From a virus (Duplodnaviria; Caudoviricetes): 58,530 bases of DNA. This document shows positions 56,613-58,530 of the stretch, piece by piece. Numbering within the stretch: position 1 is the stretch's first letter; every line of letters starts with the position of its first letter. The notes under the pieces were generated by a model. The model saw nothing but the letters and a program-made list of their open reading frames with translations. It ran no database searches and was not told where the DNA came from. The stretch is taken from the IMG/VR virus record IMGVR_UViG_3300015050_000977, positions 1 through 58,530 of that record; one strand, given 5' to 3'. A program made the position numbers and the translations under genes.

Positions 56613-56858
56613 ATGACGATCAAACAACTCAAGGCGACAATCGCCAACATGCCCGACGAATGGCCGGTATACTTCCGGCGGATCGCGCCGCTCTGCGGCA
56701 ACGTGGAAGAAGCCGGAACGATCAACGCCGACAAATACAGCTCTTTTGGGACGCTCTATCCATGCGCCATCATCGAACCCGTGAAGGACGATGAGGAGAA
56801 CACCCACGCTGAGACAGGACCACGGCAGGACGCGGCACCGAAACGCCCTATCGCGTGA
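56613..56858 (+). CDS. Cassette hypothetical protein (81 aa, MTIKQLK...MPD)
   Basis: Typical phage MT.xxL...LPD start; stops in the next attC loop. Confidence 0.7.
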   Translation: MTIKQLKATIANMPDEWPVYFRRIAPLCGNVEEAGTINADKYSSFGTLYPCAIIEPVKDDEENTHAETGPRQDAAPKRPIA

Positions 56859-56892
56859 AGCCGTGGGCCTTGTCTCTGGCAAATGGTTAGGC
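56795..56892 (-). repeat. attC-like site (GGAGAAC...GTTAGGC)
   Basis: Arms GAGACAGGACCACGGC / GCCGTGGGCCTTGTCTC. Confidence 0.85.
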
Positions 56893-56902
56893 TCTTCTTA
56901 AA

Positions 56903-57142
56903 ATGCAAAATATACCTTACGACGACTGGCGCTCCAAAGCCGCCCGCGAAATTGCAGACGCTCTCCGCGAAGAAAACCAGCGCGTGGCCTACTATGCGTC
57001 TGGGCAGGGCGACGGCTGGGCGCGCTCCTACGGTGCAGGCAACTTCAGGAGCCCCGACTACGCCTCGATAATCGACCGGCACTATCAGGCTTCGCTCGCC
57101 AAGCCTAACGCGGAGATGAGGGACGAGCCCGAACGTAAATAA
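56903..57142 (+). CDS. Cassette hypothetical protein (79 aa)
   Basis: Ends KPNAEMRDEPERK inside the next attC. Confidence 0.65.
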   Translation: MQNIPYDDWRSKAAREIADALREENQRVAYYASGQGDGWARSYGAGNFRSPDYASIIDRHYQASLAKPNAEMRDEPERK

Positions 57143-57290
57143 ACAACATGGATACACCCACAAAAGACCTCGCCGCTGCTCAAGTGCGCGGCCACGACAC
57201 CGGCCCCGTTGGCGCTCATGCGTCGAGCGCACTCCCTCCGTCCGAATCGCAGGGCCAGTCGGCTCGTTCCTCTCGGGCGACTGGTTCTCT
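57103..57290 (-). repeat. attC-like site (GCCTAAC...GTTCTCT)
   Basis: Arms GAGGGACGAGCC / GGCTCGTTCCTC. Confidence 0.8.
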
Positions 57291-57447
57291 TCCGGGGTGG
57301 GCCGTCGATACTCTAGCGGAAAGCTGGCACGTCTCCGCAATCTTCGACGGAAATAAACACGTCCGCGCGACACTCGACCGATGCCTCAAAGAACTGCGAG
57401 CGGCGCAGGCCCGTGCGAATAAGCGCCAGCCTGAAGAGAACGACTGA
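57148..57447 (+). CDS. Cassette hypothetical protein (99 aa)
   Basis: Starts in the attC loop. Confidence 0.65.
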   Translation: MDTPTKDLAAAQVRGHDTGPVGAHASSALPPSESQGQSARSSRATGSLPGWAVDTLAESWHVSAIFDGNKHVRATLDRCLKELRAAQARANKRQPEEND

Positions 57448-57628
57448 GATGTGCCACGAGCCCGCTGAACGGAGAAAAACAATATGCAAATCAGAACGAA
57501 ACTTGGACTAGTAGATATACCGAACGAAGTCATCATGGCTGCCGCGCGGGACATAGCGGGGAGCGCAGACAGCACTCCCGAAATCGCGGCCCCATCGGGC
57601 TCGTTGTGCACTGGCGATTTGGTTCACC
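57435..57628 (-). repeat. attC-like site (AGAGAAC...GTTCACC)
   Basis: Arms GTGCCACGAGCCCG / CGGGCTCGTTGTGCAC. Confidence 0.85.
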
Positions 57629-58005
57629 GTCTGGGGGAAATCGCTGCCGCTGCGCCATTCGGTGATGCGGAATGGAATCGGACGCTCCAAGACGCGACAA
57701 TGGCGCTGCGCGAAATAGAGGAGGGCGCGAGCGACATGCACGAAGCACACGACAATCTCGCGCTCCTGCTGCGTCGCGCGGCGCGCAAGATAGACCCGCG
57801 CGACCCGCTGCGGACTGAGTGCGTGGCCTACCTCAAGCGCATCGGGCAGGCGGGAAATCCACTGCGCGGCGTGACTGCCGCACAAGATGCGGAGCCGCTC
57901 CCGGCTTCAGACCTCACCGACATGCGCGAAGCCGGAGTTTTATCTTCGGTGAACGTCCCTGATGAGCCGACGCGCGGAGCGTCGGACAAACTGAATACAA
58001 AATGA
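57484..58005 (+). CDS. Cassette hypothetical helical protein (173 aa)
   Basis: Starts in the attC loop; ATGA-coupled to the next gene. Confidence 0.7.
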   Translation: MQIRTKLGLVDIPNEVIMAAARDIAGSADSTPEIAAPSGSLCTGDLVHRLGEIAAAAPFGDAEWNRTLQDATMALREIEEGASDMHEAHDNLALLLRRAARKIDPRDPLRTECVAYLKRIGQAGNPLRGVTAAQDAEPLPASDLTDMREAGVLSSVNVPDEPTRGASDKLNTK

Positions 58006-58080
58006 AAAAGACACGAGCGGAGAAGGCACTCCCGAAAAACAGCCCCCGTAAGCGCGTTGGCTCTGGCAGGCTGGTTCGGC
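57948..58080 (-). repeat. attC-like site (GGTGAAC...GTTCGGC)
   Basis: Stem GAGCCGACGCGC / GCGCGTTGGCTC. Confidence 0.88.
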
Positions 58081-58310
58081 CTCTGGGGCTCTGGGCGGTG
58101 ATAATCTACACGCCCCAGACAGAGTGGATAAACCACTGGACGATAGCACGAACACGCACCGAAGCGCGTAAGCTATACTTTTCGCTTTGGACTGAGGCAA
58201 AACACCCCAAGAGGCACATTCGCAACGGCAGCGCCGCCCTTGTTCGGGTGACGCTTTCTTTGGCCGGGCCGAACCGGCGCATATCAGCCGCGCCCGTCGA
58301 ACTCCTCTAA
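58002..58310 (+). CDS. Cassette hypothetical basic protein (102 aa)
   Basis: Starts in one attC loop and stops in the next. Confidence 0.7.
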   Translation: MKKTRAEKALPKNSPRKRVGSGRLVRPLGLWAVIIYTPQTEWINHWTIARTRTEARKLYFSLWTEAKHPKRHIRNGSAALVRVTLSLAGPNRRISAAPVELL

Positions 58311-58399
58311 ATCCTCTCCATGAAAACCAAACTCAAGAAAACCCCGAAACGTAAGCCAGCCGGACAGACAAGGGCGTTGGCTGTGGATGCTGGTTCGCA
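58268..58399 (-). repeat. attC-like site (GCCGAAC...GTTCGCA)
   Basis: Arms CAGCCGCGCCC / GGGCGTTGGCTG. Confidence 0.8.
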
Positions 58400-58530
58400 A
58401 TCCGATTCTTCAATGCTCGACTTCATCGAGGCAAACGAAGCGTGGATTACATACGCCAGCGACCACGCCAAAACGGACAGGGCGTGGCGATGCCAAGTCG
58501 CCGAGCGGCGATTCCCGTCGCCGGACATTC
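58320..58530 (+). CDS. 5' part of the origin-spanning cassette gene
   Basis: ATG at 58320 is in frame with ORF 6..254. Confidence 0.75.
   Translation, partial: MKTKLKKTPKRKPAGQTRALAVDAGSQSDSSMLDFIEANEAWITYASDHAKTDRAWRCQVAERRFPSPDI
58408..58530. repeat. Terminal direct repeat, copy 2
   Basis: Identical to bases 1-123. Confidence 0.95.

Larger units (their letters stand above)
56094..58530 (-). mobile_element. Integron-like gene-cassette array, left part
   Basis: Seven attC-type hairpins with chained complementary cores. Confidence 0.88.

Noticed and set aside
56094-58399. Array interpreted as CRISPR, REP elements or terminators
   Set aside because: The units are not sequence-identical, the spacers are gene-sized, there are no U-tracts, and the cores pair across genes.
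58408-58530. 123-bp terminal repeat as a biological DTR
   Set aside because: It falls inside a cassette ORF that reads through the join, so it is best explained as an assembler circular overlap.

Overview
This window is a complete, circularly permuted dsDNA tailed-phage genome of about 58,407 bp; bases 1-123 are repeated at 58408-58530. The layout is podovirus-like. A minus-strand morphogenesis block (about 4-30 kb) holds an intein-containing terminase large subunit, portal, scaffold, major capsid, tail adaptor/nozzle, fibres and ejection proteins, with no tape-measure gene. The mostly plus-strand early and replication genes include an SF2 helicase, a DnaB-N/AAA helicase, RecT, PD-(D/E)XK, VRR-NUC and DEDDh nucleases, C5 and N6 DNA methyltransferases and many small ORFs. 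The standout feature spans the circular junction (56094-58407 plus 1-1660): an integron-like array of 11 attC-type hairpins and a terminal attI-like half-site, delimiting 11 small cassettes of 308-513 bp. At all 11 junctions the 7-bp core at one end of a cassette is the exact reverse complement of the core at its other end, the signature of IntI-type cassette integration. The genes run antisense to the canonical attC orientation, mostly start inside the attC loop, and cross the crossover AAC in the same frame (Asn) in 12 of 12 cases. I recognise no integrase in the genome, so a host IntI is inferred. Other notable items are a ~750-nt structured non-coding region containing a non-canonical tRNA-like cloverleaf, a four-copy 13-bp promoter/operator motif, a two-frame C5 methyltransferase, and a recurring hydrophobic-acidic terminal peptide motif. 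All annotations are by eye, without database searches, and novelty is not verified.
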